A stretch of DNA of 60,074 bases, taken from Desulfovibrionales bacterium. Its GTDB lineage: Bacteria; Desulfobacterota; Desulfovibrionia; Desulfovibrionales; JBKHAV01. Made by a program: the position numbers and the translations under genes. The notes under the pieces are model-generated. The model saw nothing but the letters and a program-made list of their open reading frames with translations. It was not told the origin of the DNA and did not search any database. Within the stretch, counting starts at the first letter, position 1, and the number at the start of each line of letters is the position of its first letter. Location: positions 1 to 60,074 of the forward strand of contig JBKHAV010000004.1 in assembly GCA_046542715.1 (NCBI GenBank), read 5' to 3'. This document shows, in pieces, positions 40,751-50,962 of the stretch.

Positions 40751-40923
40751 CAAGTCCTCCTGATTCTGTCGTGAAGAGAGTTGGAAAAAATTTGGTTCAG
40801 GGTGCGGGAAAGGAGAAGTTCGGAATCGGTCCCGCAGGGCTTGGCTGTTTATGGAAGATGAAAGGCCGGGTCGACTGAAATTTTATTCATGCTGCCAACA
40901 GGAAATGCAGGGACAGGGAAGAG

Positions 40924-42279
40924 TCAGGAAAATGCGGAAAGAACTTTCTGCACCGGTTTGAAGGAAGGGTCGATATTACGGCATTTGAGAAAAAATTCCT
41001 GCGCCTTGTCCTTATGCTCATTTTTGAAAAAAATCATGCCGATATTGAAGGCTATAGGGGCGCTGTTTTCATGGAAAAGGGTGTCAAAGCTCAAGGCCTT
41101 TTCCAGGTTCTCCATGGCCTGTGGATAATTTCTTCCCTCCATGTAGGCCATGGCGATGTTGTAGTAGAGCGAAGGATCTTCAGGGGAAATTTCCAGGGCC
41201 CGCTTGTATTCGGTAATGGATTCCATCCACTTGCCCTGTCTTCGCAGCGAAATGCCCAGTTTGTTGAAAATCTCGATATCGGACTTTCCAAGCATGTCCT
41301 TTTTGATGTCCAAGGCTTTTCGGCAGTATTTTTCTGCGATCACGGGTTCCTGGCCGGCGCACATTTCCGCGATGCTCATGGCGATATCGCTGATGGCGCT
41401 GAACGCTTCCCGGGTTGCCGTGGTAATGGCCTCGTCGAAATAGGATTCAGCACTTTCCATATTGCCGATTTCGATGTTCAGCCCTCCAAGCGTCACTTTT
41501 CGGCGGACGTTCAGGGGACTCAACCGGTCCAGCTTGGACAGGTAGTCGATTTGAGCCTGAACATCACCTTCCTCCCTGTAAAAATCAGCGAGCCGGAGCA
41601 GCGGTTCCAAATAGAGCTTGGCGCTGCGACTGGCCTCCTGGTAGGCTTCGACAGCCTTATCCTTCTGTCCGAGTCCTCGATAGGCGTCTCCCTTGAGCAT
41701 GAGTGCCGCAGCACTGTCAGGCTTCAAATCGAGGATCATATCGGTGATCTTGAGAACCTCGGTAAACTCCGCATTTTGCAATCTGTTTTTGCCCTTGTCG
41801 ATGAGATCCCCGATTTTGGTCTGCGGCCTGATGGTCATCGCCATCTTCTCGATCAGGGTGTTCATGCTGAAGGGGCGAATGATGAAATTGTTCACCCCCA
41901 TTTCATGGAGATAGACCAACGCGCCCTTGTTCACCTCACTGCTCAGGACAATACACAAAATATCTTCATATAGTGTTTTGATATTCTCAACAAAATCCGT
42001 GGTTGAACGTCCGTTCACGACCCGCTCGACAAAGAGCATGATCCTTTGTTTTTTCAGAGCCAGACTCTTTATCTGCTCCATAATGAGCGCAGGATTGGTT
42101 GAGGAGAAGAGACAGTCGGAATTGACCGCAAGGTTCTTTATCAGGAGCGTGCGCAGCGTTTTCAGAAATATTTTGTCGTCGGAATAGGCGATAAAACATC
42201 CTGAATCGTTTTCAAGGAAGGAGATGATGGTTGCTCCGAATGTCTCTATTCGGGAATTTCCAGTGGGTATTTGCTCCAT
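40924..42279 (-). CDS. Pseudo-receiver plus TPR-repeat protein
   Basis: Degenerate REC domain (GVNNFIIRPFS) followed by multiple TPRs (FNKLGISLRRQGKW, LYYNIAMAY). Confidence 0.8.
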   Translation of the reverse strand: MEQIPTGNSRIETFGATIISFLENDSGCFIAYSDDKIFLKTLRTLLIKNLAVNSDCLFSSTNPALIMEQIKSLALKKQRIMLFVERVVNGRSTTDFVENIKTLYEDILCIVLSSEVNKGALVYLHEMGVNNFIIRPFSMNTLIEKMAMTIRPQTKIGDLIDKGKNRLQNAEFTEVLKITDMILDLKPDSAAALMLKGDAYRGLGQKDKAVEAYQEASRSAKLYLEPLLRLADFYREEGDVQAQIDYLSKLDRLSPLNVRRKVTLGGLNIEIGNMESAESYFDEAITTATREAFSAISDIAMSIAEMCAGQEPVIAEKYCRKALDIKKDMLGKSDIEIFNKLGISLRRQGKWMESITEYKRALEISPEDPSLYYNIAMAYMEGRNYPQAMENLEKALSFDTLFHENSAPIAFNIGMIFFKNEHKDKAQEFFLKCRNIDPSFKPVQKVLSAFS

Positions 42280-42485
42280 AAATGTCGTGAGTGGTCGCTT
42301 CGGTCCAATTGGGAAGTGTGGGCCATTGAGAGTTCATTGCTGCTGAAAGCAGCATTTTCCTTTCACATTCTGAGATCAAAGGCAATGATTCTGCCGGACC
42401 AGCAAGAAAACACCTTTCGTTCGAGATGCGAAATTCGTACCTAAAGCGCGTAGGGACCACATTGTCGTGGGCCGTAGGGGAATGA

Positions 42486-43835
42486 TCAGGGCAGCATATG
42501 TCGTATGAGGGTGTATCCGAATGACGGGTAGGCCCAAAACATGGATTTCAGTTCTCTGGCGGGAATTTTTTGGCGTATGGCCAGTGCAAAGACGTTAATC
42601 ACTTCCTCAGAGGCGTGCCCGAGGAAATGTGCCCCGAGAATGGTGTCGTTGTCCTTGTGAAGGAGCACTTTTGCAGCTGCTGGCGATTCGCCGAGTCGGC
42701 GGTAGGGGGACCAGTCAGCAGTTTCCTTGTACCGGCGCAGAAAAGGAATGGATTTGCTTTCGAGTTCCTCTTCGGTTGCGCCGACAACGGCCATCACGGG
42801 GTGCGTAAACAGCACTGCCGATACTGCGGAGTACTCAACCTCCAGATCGTTTCCGTGCAGCAGGTTATGGGCCGCGATCTCGGCTTCTTTCAAAGCCACA
42901 GGAGTGAGTTGAGGTCCCTCTGGAGTGACGTCTCCGGCAGCGTACACATGGGGATTGGATTCCGACTGCAGATATCTGTTGACGACGATGCCCTTGGCGT
43001 TTGCAGCAACTGATCCGGCTTCGGTGTCCAGCTCTGACACGGCAGCCACTCTGCCGGCACCGTGAACAACCATATCCGCTTCCAGTTCGACATTGCCTGA
43101 TTCCCCCGCCCGAACCAGAAACGAGTTCCCTTGCGGCTCAATGGAATAAATCGGCGCGTTGTAATGCACCTTGGCCCCGATGGCCTGGGTGTGTGCGCAG
43201 AGCAGTGCGACCAGGTCCTTGTCAAAATGCTTGAGGCAACGGTCGGAACGCTGGATGATATCGACTTTTGCCCCGGCGCGGACGGCGACATGGGCGAATT
43301 CGAAGGAGATGTAGCCGCCACCTACGAAGACGATCCGTGACGGAAGCTTATCAAGTTCAAGAAAATCAGCGCTCGAGGAGAGGTGTTTCAAACCTTTGAA
43401 CGACAGGGGACGCGGCTTTGCGCCGGTCCCGATGAGAATTTTCCCCGCCTGGATTTCCTGATCGTCGATACGAACCGTGTTCGGACCTGTGAACCTTGCC
43501 CGGCCGTGAAATGTCTGTACTCCGAGTCGCGCCAATCCCTTTTCCACACCCTTTGGAACCGAATCCGTAAAACTCCGCTTAAACTCCATAAGCTCCGGCC
43601 AATCGATCGACCACTTTCCATGCAGTCCGTGTCCCTTGGAGTTCTCGGCCTGAACCCAGGCGTCTGTGATATCGAAGAGCACCTTTTTGGGCTCACACCC
43701 CCGCAAGGGACAGGTGCCGCCAAAAGGGCGATGATCGGTCACAGCTACGGATCGACCGGCTTGACGGCAGATTTTGGCTGCAGTTCCACCGGCTACGCCT
43801 GATCCGATAATCAAGACATCGAATTTATTGCTCAT
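42486..43835 (-). CDS. Class I pyridine nucleotide-disulfide oxidoreductase (glutathione reductase-like)
   Basis: GSGVAG, GGTCPLRGCEP redox disulfide, GGGYISFE and YAAGD motifs. Confidence 0.9.
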   Translation of the reverse strand: MSNKFDVLIIGSGVAGGTAAKICRQAGRSVAVTDHRPFGGTCPLRGCEPKKVLFDITDAWVQAENSKGHGLHGKWSIDWPELMEFKRSFTDSVPKGVEKGLARLGVQTFHGRARFTGPNTVRIDDQEIQAGKILIGTGAKPRPLSFKGLKHLSSSADFLELDKLPSRIVFVGGGYISFEFAHVAVRAGAKVDIIQRSDRCLKHFDKDLVALLCAHTQAIGAKVHYNAPIYSIEPQGNSFLVRAGESGNVELEADMVVHGAGRVAAVSELDTEAGSVAANAKGIVVNRYLQSESNPHVYAAGDVTPEGPQLTPVALKEAEIAAHNLLHGNDLEVEYSAVSAVLFTHPVMAVVGATEEELESKSIPFLRRYKETADWSPYRRLGESPAAAKVLLHKDNDTILGAHFLGHASEEVINVFALAIRQKIPARELKSMFWAYPSFGYTLIRHMLP

Positions 43836-44136
43836 TGGGATACGCGTCCTTGGATGGAGTGAAATGCTCTGGTGGAACAAAGAAAACCGATTCGTTCATA
43901 TCGTGGTTGGCGGATCGCTCAAACGGCTGAATCGAAAGCACCTCCTCTCGAGCCAGAAAAATTCGGACGCCGTCCAGATCTTCAAACACGTAGGTTTGCG
44001 ATCCGTGTTGAAGTTCAGGGGGATGTCGGGAGACATAATCTCTGCCTGTCGAGGTCGTTACAAAGAAATGGTGGTGCGACTGGCAGGCTGTCAGGGCAAG
44101 AAAAACAGCAAGGATGATCCACAGGTGCAATTTCAT
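43825..44136 (-). CDS. Small lipoprotein (YgdI/YgdR, DUF903-like)
   Basis: GGAGG RBS, lipobox LTA-C and a beta-rich domain. Confidence 0.6.
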   Translation of the reverse strand: MKLHLWIILAVFLALTACQSHHHFFVTTSTGRDYVSRHPPELQHGSQTYVFEDLDGVRIFLAREEVLSIQPFERSANHDMNESVFFVPPEHFTPSKDAYPNEQ

Positions 44137-44326
44137 TGTGCCTCCGGTCAAATTTTTTCGATCATAGCACATACGGGATCACTTTCAAGCGAAATGACTT
44201 TGTATTCAATGCGTTGACGGTTCAAAACGATTTAAACCAATCCGTTGCGGTGTTGACACCTCTTTGAGGATCAACGAGAAGTGCGTGCTGAAAGCCTATT
44301 CCGACTCAACTGCTCAGGGAGAATAC

Positions 44327-45181
44327 ATGCTCCAAAGGACATTTTGCCATTTGCCCGGAGTGGGCATCAAAACCGAGCGCCGCCTGTGGGAACAGGGGAT
44401 CATTTCCTGGGAACTCATGGTAGCGCGCGCAACGCTTCCTCCTCGGCTGAACAACGCCAGGAAGCTCCTTGAGGATTCGATTTCGCACCTCCAGAAGGGC
44501 AATGCCGAATTCTTCGCCGCGACACTTGGCCCGCAGGAAAGCTGGAGGATGTTCCACGAGTATAAGGATCATGTGGCGTACGTGGATATCGAGACAACCG
44601 GAGGTACTCCCGGCAATGACCATATCACGGCCATTGCCCTGTATGACGGCCGAACAGTTCGGACCTATGTCTATGGGGAAAATCTGGAGCAGTTCGAAGA
44701 AGACATCGCTGATACGAAACTGCTGGTCACGTTCAACGGCAAGTGCTTCGATGTCCCTGTCATCGAGCGGGAACTGAGGATCCGCATGCCGGAGGCGCAT
44801 ATCGATCTGCGGCACCTTTTGGCCGGGCTCGGATACCGCGGCGGGCTGAAGCGTTGCGAGAAGGCCTTTGGGTTGAACCGGGACGAGCTGGACGGGGTGG
44901 ACGGGTACTTCGCGGTCCTGTTCTGGAACGAATACCAGCGAACCGGTGACCCGAAGATTCTGGAGACCCTGCTGGCCTACAATGTGGAGGACGTCATTTC
45001 GCTGGAAATCCTGCTCCACCACGCCATCAATCTCAAGCTCGAGCAGACGCCGTTTTACAGCGAACTGGCCTGTGAGGTTCCGCGAATTGCAGCCAACCCT
45101 CATAGGGCACACCAGGAAGTGGTCCTTCAGGCCAGGGAAAACATGTTCCGGTACTCTGTCCCCCGTTGGTTTCAGGGCTAG
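44327..45181 (+). CDS. RNase H-like (DEDD, YprB/RNase_H_2) exonuclease with N-terminal HhH
   Basis: HLPGVG, YVDIETTG, TFNGKCFD, HIDL and YNVED motifs. Confidence 0.85.
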   Translation: MLQRTFCHLPGVGIKTERRLWEQGIISWELMVARATLPPRLNNARKLLEDSISHLQKGNAEFFAATLGPQESWRMFHEYKDHVAYVDIETTGGTPGNDHITAIALYDGRTVRTYVYGENLEQFEEDIADTKLLVTFNGKCFDVPVIERELRIRMPEAHIDLRHLLAGLGYRGGLKRCEKAFGLNRDELDGVDGYFAVLFWNEYQRTGDPKILETLLAYNVEDVISLEILLHHAINLKLEQTPFYSELACEVPRIAANPHRAHQEVVLQARENMFRYSVPRWFQG

Positions 45182-45473
45182 GAACGTCCTCAGGGTTTTG
45201 CCCGGGCCGGAAGCGGCAGTCTGACTCTTTCTCCATTTGAAATTTCTGCACGCGATGTGATCCGCACGACTCGCATCATCGTGATGTGTTCACCTGTCTG
45301 CTGGAACTGTTTTTCTCAGGAGCGTGGTCTCGTTTTCCCCCCCAAGTGCGTTTCTGAAAATTTTCTTCACAGGAAAAACCGGGTTCGCACCAGCAGCCGA
45401 ACGTATTGCATTGTCTTTGCTCCATCTTCCGTCTACAGAGAAAATAGCGCAGGAACGCTGAAAAGGAGCAGTT

Positions 45474-46379
45474 GTGCAAAAACTCGATATCCAGGGGTTT
45501 TACCGGGAACTTTTAAACAGAATCCGTGAAGGAATCTACTTTGTGGATTCCACAAAGAGAATTGTCTTCTGGAACACAACTGCAGCGGAGTTGACCGGGT
45601 TTTCAGCGGACGAGGTTCAGGGCAAACAGTGTTCGGACAACATCCTGATGCATGTCGATAACGATGGTGGAAACATCTGCCTGGCCGGCTGTCCACTGGC
45701 CAAAACCCTGAAGGACGGAAAATCGAGGAGTGCGGAGGTCTACTTCCACCACAAGGATGGCCATCGTGTGCCGACCCTGGTCTTTATCGAACCTGTATTC
45801 GACCAGGAGGGGCGCATCATCGGCGCTGTGGAAACCTTCAATGACAGATCCACATATCTTTCCATGCTGGAGCGGTTCAAAGCATCCGAGGAAGAGCACC
45901 TTCTCGACACACTGACCGGGCTGGGGAACCGCAAGTTCGGGGAGATCACCCTACAGGCCCGACTGGACGAGTTCAAACGCTACCAATGGCCGTTTGGTGT
46001 CCTGTTCATCGATATCGATCACTTCAAGAAGATCAATGATACTCATGGCCATGCCTGCGGGGACAGGGTTCTGTCCATGGTGGGGGCGACCATTGCGGGC
46101 AATCTCCGCTCATTTGATATGGCTGTGCGGTGGGGTGGTGAGGAATTCGTGGTCATCCTCACCAACGTGGCTGCCAAGGAACTCCGAAAGACTGCGGAGC
46201 GGCTGCGCAATCTGATCAAATCTTCGAAAATCTCCCTTGACGGAGAGGAGCTGCGGGTAACGGTCTCCATCGGCGGAACCATGATTCAGGAACATGATTC
46301 CGTGGTCGACATCTTGAAGAGGGCCGACGAGCGCATGTACGTCAGTAAGCGTGAAGGGAGGGATCGGGTCACGACCTGA
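45474..46379 (+). CDS. Diguanylate cyclase PAS-GGDEF
   Basis: PAS with a C-x15-C-x3-C motif; DIDHFKKIND and RWGGEEF. Confidence 0.92.
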   Translation: MQKLDIQGFYRELLNRIREGIYFVDSTKRIVFWNTTAAELTGFSADEVQGKQCSDNILMHVDNDGGNICLAGCPLAKTLKDGKSRSAEVYFHHKDGHRVPTLVFIEPVFDQEGRIIGAVETFNDRSTYLSMLERFKASEEEHLLDTLTGLGNRKFGEITLQARLDEFKRYQWPFGVLFIDIDHFKKINDTHGHACGDRVLSMVGATIAGNLRSFDMAVRWGGEEFVVILTNVAAKELRKTAERLRNLIKSSKISLDGEELRVTVSIGGTMIQEHDSVVDILKRADERMYVSKREGRDRVTT

Positions 46380-46433
46380 GCGTCAGGCGCAGCAGTCTTG
46401 AATTTTGGGCCGTTATTTTTCCGGTGATCCAGG

Positions 46434-47228
46434 TCAGCGGGCGGCGAGCAGGGCTTCGGCCAGTTCGGCAAACCCCTGACCGCCCCGCAAGCTGCAGACC
46501 CAGGCCGGGTGGGCATCCAGCCTGTCGGTAAAGTCAAGAACATTGGCGACCCCCACTGAATTGGGGAAATAGGCGAACATGGGGGCGTCATTGGGCGAAT
46601 CGCCTGCAAAAACGATCCGCTCGGTTACCGAATCGAGATCGATACCCAGAGCTTCGGAAAAAAAACAGCGGGTCATGGAGAGTTTGTCATAGGCTCCAAA
46701 CCAGCCGTTGACGTGGATCGAGCTGATTTTGGCGCAGGCGCCTTCCTCTTCGAACATCCTTTTGATGCGCTCGACATCACAGCGGGGCAAGGGCGAGACG
46801 TCCTCACAGAAATCAACGGCCAGGTCGGCTTCGCGGAAAGCCTGGTCAGCTGAAATGGCCGCGCCCTGGATCTGGTTGCAAATCTTCAGCCCCAGCAGGT
46901 CAAGCCGCTCCCTGTCGATTTTTCGCTGCTGCGGATCCCGTGCATAGACCCGGAGCATTTTGCGTTCCGCCTCGAGGTAGCGAAAAAAAAAGGCCCCGTT
47001 TTCGCCGATGACCCCGTCAACCGGCCACATTCTGGAGATGTGGTCGCACCATCCGGCAGGTCTTCCTGTGACCGGCACGACGATGATGCCGGCTTGTTGA
47101 AGACGTTCCATCGCGGTGTAGGCCGTTGCCCCAAGGCGGCCCTGGTCGGTCAGGGTGTCGTCGATGTCGGTCAGAACCCAGTTGATCCGGGCCCTGACCG
47201 ATTCGGGCATCTCCGCAAGAGGCCGCAC
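46434..47228 (-). CDS. HAD-IIB family hydrolase
   Basis: DIDDT, VTGRPAGW, GENG, SSIHVN and GDSPND motifs. Confidence 0.88.
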   Translation of the reverse strand: MRPLAEMPESVRARINWVLTDIDDTLTDQGRLGATAYTAMERLQQAGIIVVPVTGRPAGWCDHISRMWPVDGVIGENGAFFFRYLEAERKMLRVYARDPQQRKIDRERLDLLGLKICNQIQGAAISADQAFREADLAVDFCEDVSPLPRCDVERIKRMFEEEGACAKISSIHVNGWFGAYDKLSMTRCFFSEALGIDLDSVTERIVFAGDSPNDAPMFAYFPNSVGVANVLDFTDRLDAHPAWVCSLRGGQGFAELAEALLAAR

Positions 47229-47230
47229 CG

Positions 47231-47728
47231 TCAGATAATCCTCTGGCGGATCTTGGTCACGAAAATTTCAGCGACAATGACCACGGCAAAGATTAACAGC
47301 AGGATGAGGGCGATCTCGTTCCAGCGAAACAGGTTCAACGCCGACTCGAGAGCCACGCCGATCCCGCCTGCATCCTTTGTCTGCACCGCCAGATATTCGC
47401 CGACCATGATTAGGGCGGTGATGGAGATAAGGGTGGCGGCCAGAATGTCGTAGTAGACTGTTTCATACAGATTGCTGACGAGCAGCTTCCATCGCTCGAA
47501 GTTCGGCGGAACCATATCGGTCAGGAACTCCATCCCGTTGCCAAGTCCGGCTACAAAGTGTGCCCAGGAAATGTGCAAGACGGATGTTGCATAAACGGAG
47601 TAGAGGATCGCCAACAGCAAGCCGATCCGGGCTGCCCAGTTGGTCTTGAATGGTTTTTTCAAAATGACACGTGCAGGTTTTTTGAAACCTTTTCGTTTCG
47701 TAAATTTTGTTTCAATTCCCAAAAACAA
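47231..47728 (-). pseudogene. phnE: Internally deleted or chimeric phosphonate ABC permease (PhnE) remnant
   Basis: PhnE-like N-terminus (MVPPNF...LYETV) joined to two successive PhnE-like C-termini (YDILAATLISI...GEYLA and AGGIG...FRWNE...KIRQRII); the EAA core is absent and the ORF is only 165 aa. Confidence 0.7.
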
Positions 47729-48058
47729 ATCTCTAGGTAGTTACGAAAACGTTACAAATTCAATCCATTTTGCTCCGAGCCCGCAAAATTTTCGAGTGAA
47801 TCCGTGGTCCATTCCTCAGCACCAGTGGTGGAGCAAGAGGTCGGGCGTCGTGGCCGATTTTTCCTTTGTCACGACGCCTCAATTCTTGGTCAGCAGGCCA
47901 GTACGCATATTGCAAGTCGATTCACCTGGATTATTTGCCGGCGGATCTGCTCGAGGTACTGAATCGGGTTTGTTCGGACCAAGGGCCTTTCTCTTTCCTG
48001 GGATACCCGTCACCACCTCATCCCTGAGGTTCTCGAGCGTCAACGCACCGCAATCAAT

Positions 48059-49487
48059 GTGGAGCGACTCGGTCGCTTTGGTGAAATCATCGTCTCGACC
48101 CAGGATCCCGTGCGCCGCAGAAATACCCGTTTGGCCGCTCAGATCCTGGCTCAGGATTCCGCGTTTGAACGCGACCCTCTGGTTCACGGAATGGTGTGGG
48201 CGACGTTCGGGTCGATTCGCAAGATCGCTGCCATGCGAAACATTCGAGACACGAATCAGGAGATCATTACCGTACAGAAGCAGCGTTGCGCAGAGATGAT
48301 CGATGAACTCCAACTTCTGAACAAATCCTCTTTATCCCGAAATGTCGACTCCCCGGCTTTTGTTTCTCTGGTCGGAAACCTGAATGCCATGCTGCATCTC
48401 CTCTCCATGGCCGACACGGCATCCACCCTTGAGGAACTTGATGCTCTTAACAGGGCATTCACGACATATCGAGATGCTGCACACCGGATGATCGAGGAGA
48501 GTGTCTACCGGGAAAGTCGGGCGGGCATCCCTTTGAAAACGGCAGAGTTGAACCGGCTTGAGCAGGCGTTCGACGCCAGGGCGGCGGTGCTGCAGAACGA
48601 TATTCAGTGTGATGCGCTCTGGCGGGATTCTCTTTCCAAGCTGGAGGAATTGACAGACAAGCTTTCATTGGGAGCGGCGGCAAAGGCATCAGGCAGAATG
48701 CTTGAAATCAAAGCCGCGGCAATGGGCATAAAGAAAGCTGGACTCCTGGTCATTATCGGGCTGATGCTCCTCATGACCTTGCTCATTCTTCTTTTCAGGC
48801 GCTACATCGTCCAGCCCATCATCAATGCATCCAAAGGGCTGGAAGCTGTTCATTCCGGAAGCGGCCGGTTCGAGATTCCTGAGGCGAGAATTTTGGAACT
48901 CCATGCCATTGGGGATTCCGTGGAACGGTTCGGCAGGGCCCTGGAACAGATTAAAGAGAACAATGTCAAACTCAAGCACCAGTCCAGACAGGATGGATTG
49001 ACCGGTATTGCCAACCGCCGTTCCTTCGACGAGAAGTACGAACAGGAATGGAACCGGGGCCGGCGCACGAAACGTCCTCTGTCCCTGCTGCTGATTGATA
49101 TCGATTTTTTCAAGCAGTTCAACGACACTTACGGACACCAGCAAGGGGGACGAGGCCCTGACGCTGGTGGCCGGAACCATCAACGGGGTATCCAAACGAT
49201 CCGGTGATTTCACTGCCCGTTACGGGGGAGAGGAATTTGTCATGGTTCTCCCGGAAACCGATTCGCATGGAGCACTGGCTATTGCAGACTCGATTCACAG
49301 AAGCATTGCAGATCTCGGTATAGAACACCAAACAGCTGCGACAACTCCCCGGCTGACAGTCAGCATCGGAGTGGCAACGGTGATTCCAAACGACACGATA
49401 CCAAAAGAAGCGTTGCTGAAACAGGCAGACCAGGCTCTTTTGAAATCCAAACGGAGCGGCAAAAATACCACGTGTGCGACGATATAA
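48059..49487 (+). pseudogene. Frameshifted TM-HAMP-GGDEF diguanylate cyclase
   Basis: DGLTGIANRR and DIDFFKQFND lie in one frame and GDEAL...RYGGEEF in the next; an extra G in the G5 run at 49145-49149 explains the shift. Confidence 0.85.
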
Positions 49488-49789
49488 TCGATACTGAGTC
49501 TTCTCCTGGCGGCTTTAGGACAGAAGCTCAGTAACGATGCAGTATCGACTGCAAATTTTTTCTCCTGGTCTCGGGGAAGAGGGTTCTCGGTTTTTGTATG
49601 GAGTGCATGACCCTTCCTGGAATTGACCATTTTTTGCACTTTGCCGGCGCTTTTTGAACAATTCGGGGGAAGAGCGGGAGCACCATCTTGTGAATGGATT
49701 GAAATCCCGGGAACTTTTATTCTTTTTTGGAACCAGCGAGCACCTTCTTCCCCTTGTTTTCGAGGTACGACACGAGCCGGAAAGAATTC

Positions 49790-49806
49790 TTGGCAACAAT
49801 ACTGCA
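49790..49806 (+). promoter_or_regulatory. Putative sigma54 promoter of the hydrogenase operon
   Basis: TTGGCAACAATACTGCA has GG-N10-GC spacing and lies about 80 bp before the first ATG. Confidence 0.55.
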
Positions 49807-49885
49807 TGGAACTTCCTCAAATTCAAGTTCAAAAGACGAATTTCTCCTGTCCTGCCGACATTAACCTGGTGATTGGTGATCACTG

Positions 49886-50950
49886 ATGGCGAAAGGTTCC
49901 AGAGATTTTTCCAGTTTGGTGTTTATTCGTAATATCACTTCGAAACTGGAGAAATATTCCTTTGACTATGAAATGCTGCAGGTCTTTTATGCCATTGACG
50001 GCAAAAAGACAGTTGCCGCGATTGCCAAAGATCTGGACAAATCCGTCACTCAGATGAAGCCCAAATTCGACAAGCTTCATCAACAGCATCTTATTCTTCT
50101 GGCGCCACGGGATGTGGCCGGAATTTCCGAATCACAGGAAAGTGAAAGCAGCATCCCGGAACCCATGCCCGCCCCCCAGGAGCACGATTCCGAGACTCTC
50201 GATCCTCCGGTGATCGATTCCGTATCCGATCTGGGAGGGGAAGAAATCGAGGACATAGTAGGCAAAGAAATCGAGGATATGGATGAGCTCATCTCCGAGT
50301 TGACGCGATTGTCCGGTGAGGAGTTCTCAGTCGAGAAACCATCCGGCATTTCCCAAGTCGTAGGCACGGTGGCAGCAGATGAATCCGAGCTGGTCTGGGT
50401 CGATGATCTGTCGGTGGAGCAGAGTGAAAAGAACACTGCCGAGAGTTCCGCTCAGTCCGACATGGTCACGGAACCTGTAGAATCCAGGCAACCCGCGGAA
50501 AATGAATCCGAATCCCCGTCAGATCATGAGTTGGAAGATGACCCCTTCGAATACATGGACTGGACGGAACCAGAACAGAAGAACAGCACAAGCGATCTTT
50601 TCAGCATTGCAAAAAGGTTGAGCGAATCCACTGATACCCCTTTCAATACCTTCAGTCTTTCACGATCTTCGGATGAAAATATGAACGGGTTCTTTGCGAA
50701 GCCTTCGAAAACACCGGACTCCAGCTTTCCATCTTTTTCCGGCCGAAAAACAGAAGAGGATGAGCCTGAAACTCCACCAGTGAATCAACACGCCATCGAG
50801 CATTTCGAGAACGGCTTGGATGCATTGCAACGCAAGGTTTATGACGAGGCATTGCTGCACTTTGAACTGGCGAGCGAACTTGACCCTCAAAACCGTTTGT
50901 ACAAGGCGAATATTCAGCGAATCAAGACGATAATCGAATCAGGCGACTGA
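49886..50950 (+). CDS. Hypothetical protein: N-terminal wHTH-like domain, acidic disordered linker, C-terminal TPR
   Basis: IDGKKTVAAIA motif; long E/S/D/P-rich middle; HFENGLDAL...YDEAL..FELASELDPQN TPR. Confidence 0.7.
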   Translation: MAKGSRDFSSLVFIRNITSKLEKYSFDYEMLQVFYAIDGKKTVAAIAKDLDKSVTQMKPKFDKLHQQHLILLAPRDVAGISESQESESSIPEPMPAPQEHDSETLDPPVIDSVSDLGGEEIEDIVGKEIEDMDELISELTRLSGEEFSVEKPSGISQVVGTVAADESELVWVDDLSVEQSEKNTAESSAQSDMVTEPVESRQPAENESESPSDHELEDDPFEYMDWTEPEQKNSTSDLFSIAKRLSESTDTPFNTFSLSRSSDENMNGFFAKPSKTPDSSFPSFSGRKTEEDEPETPPVNQHAIEHFENGLDALQRKVYDEALLHFELASELDPQNRLYKANIQRIKTIIESGD

Positions 50951-50962
50951 GTCTTCAACACC

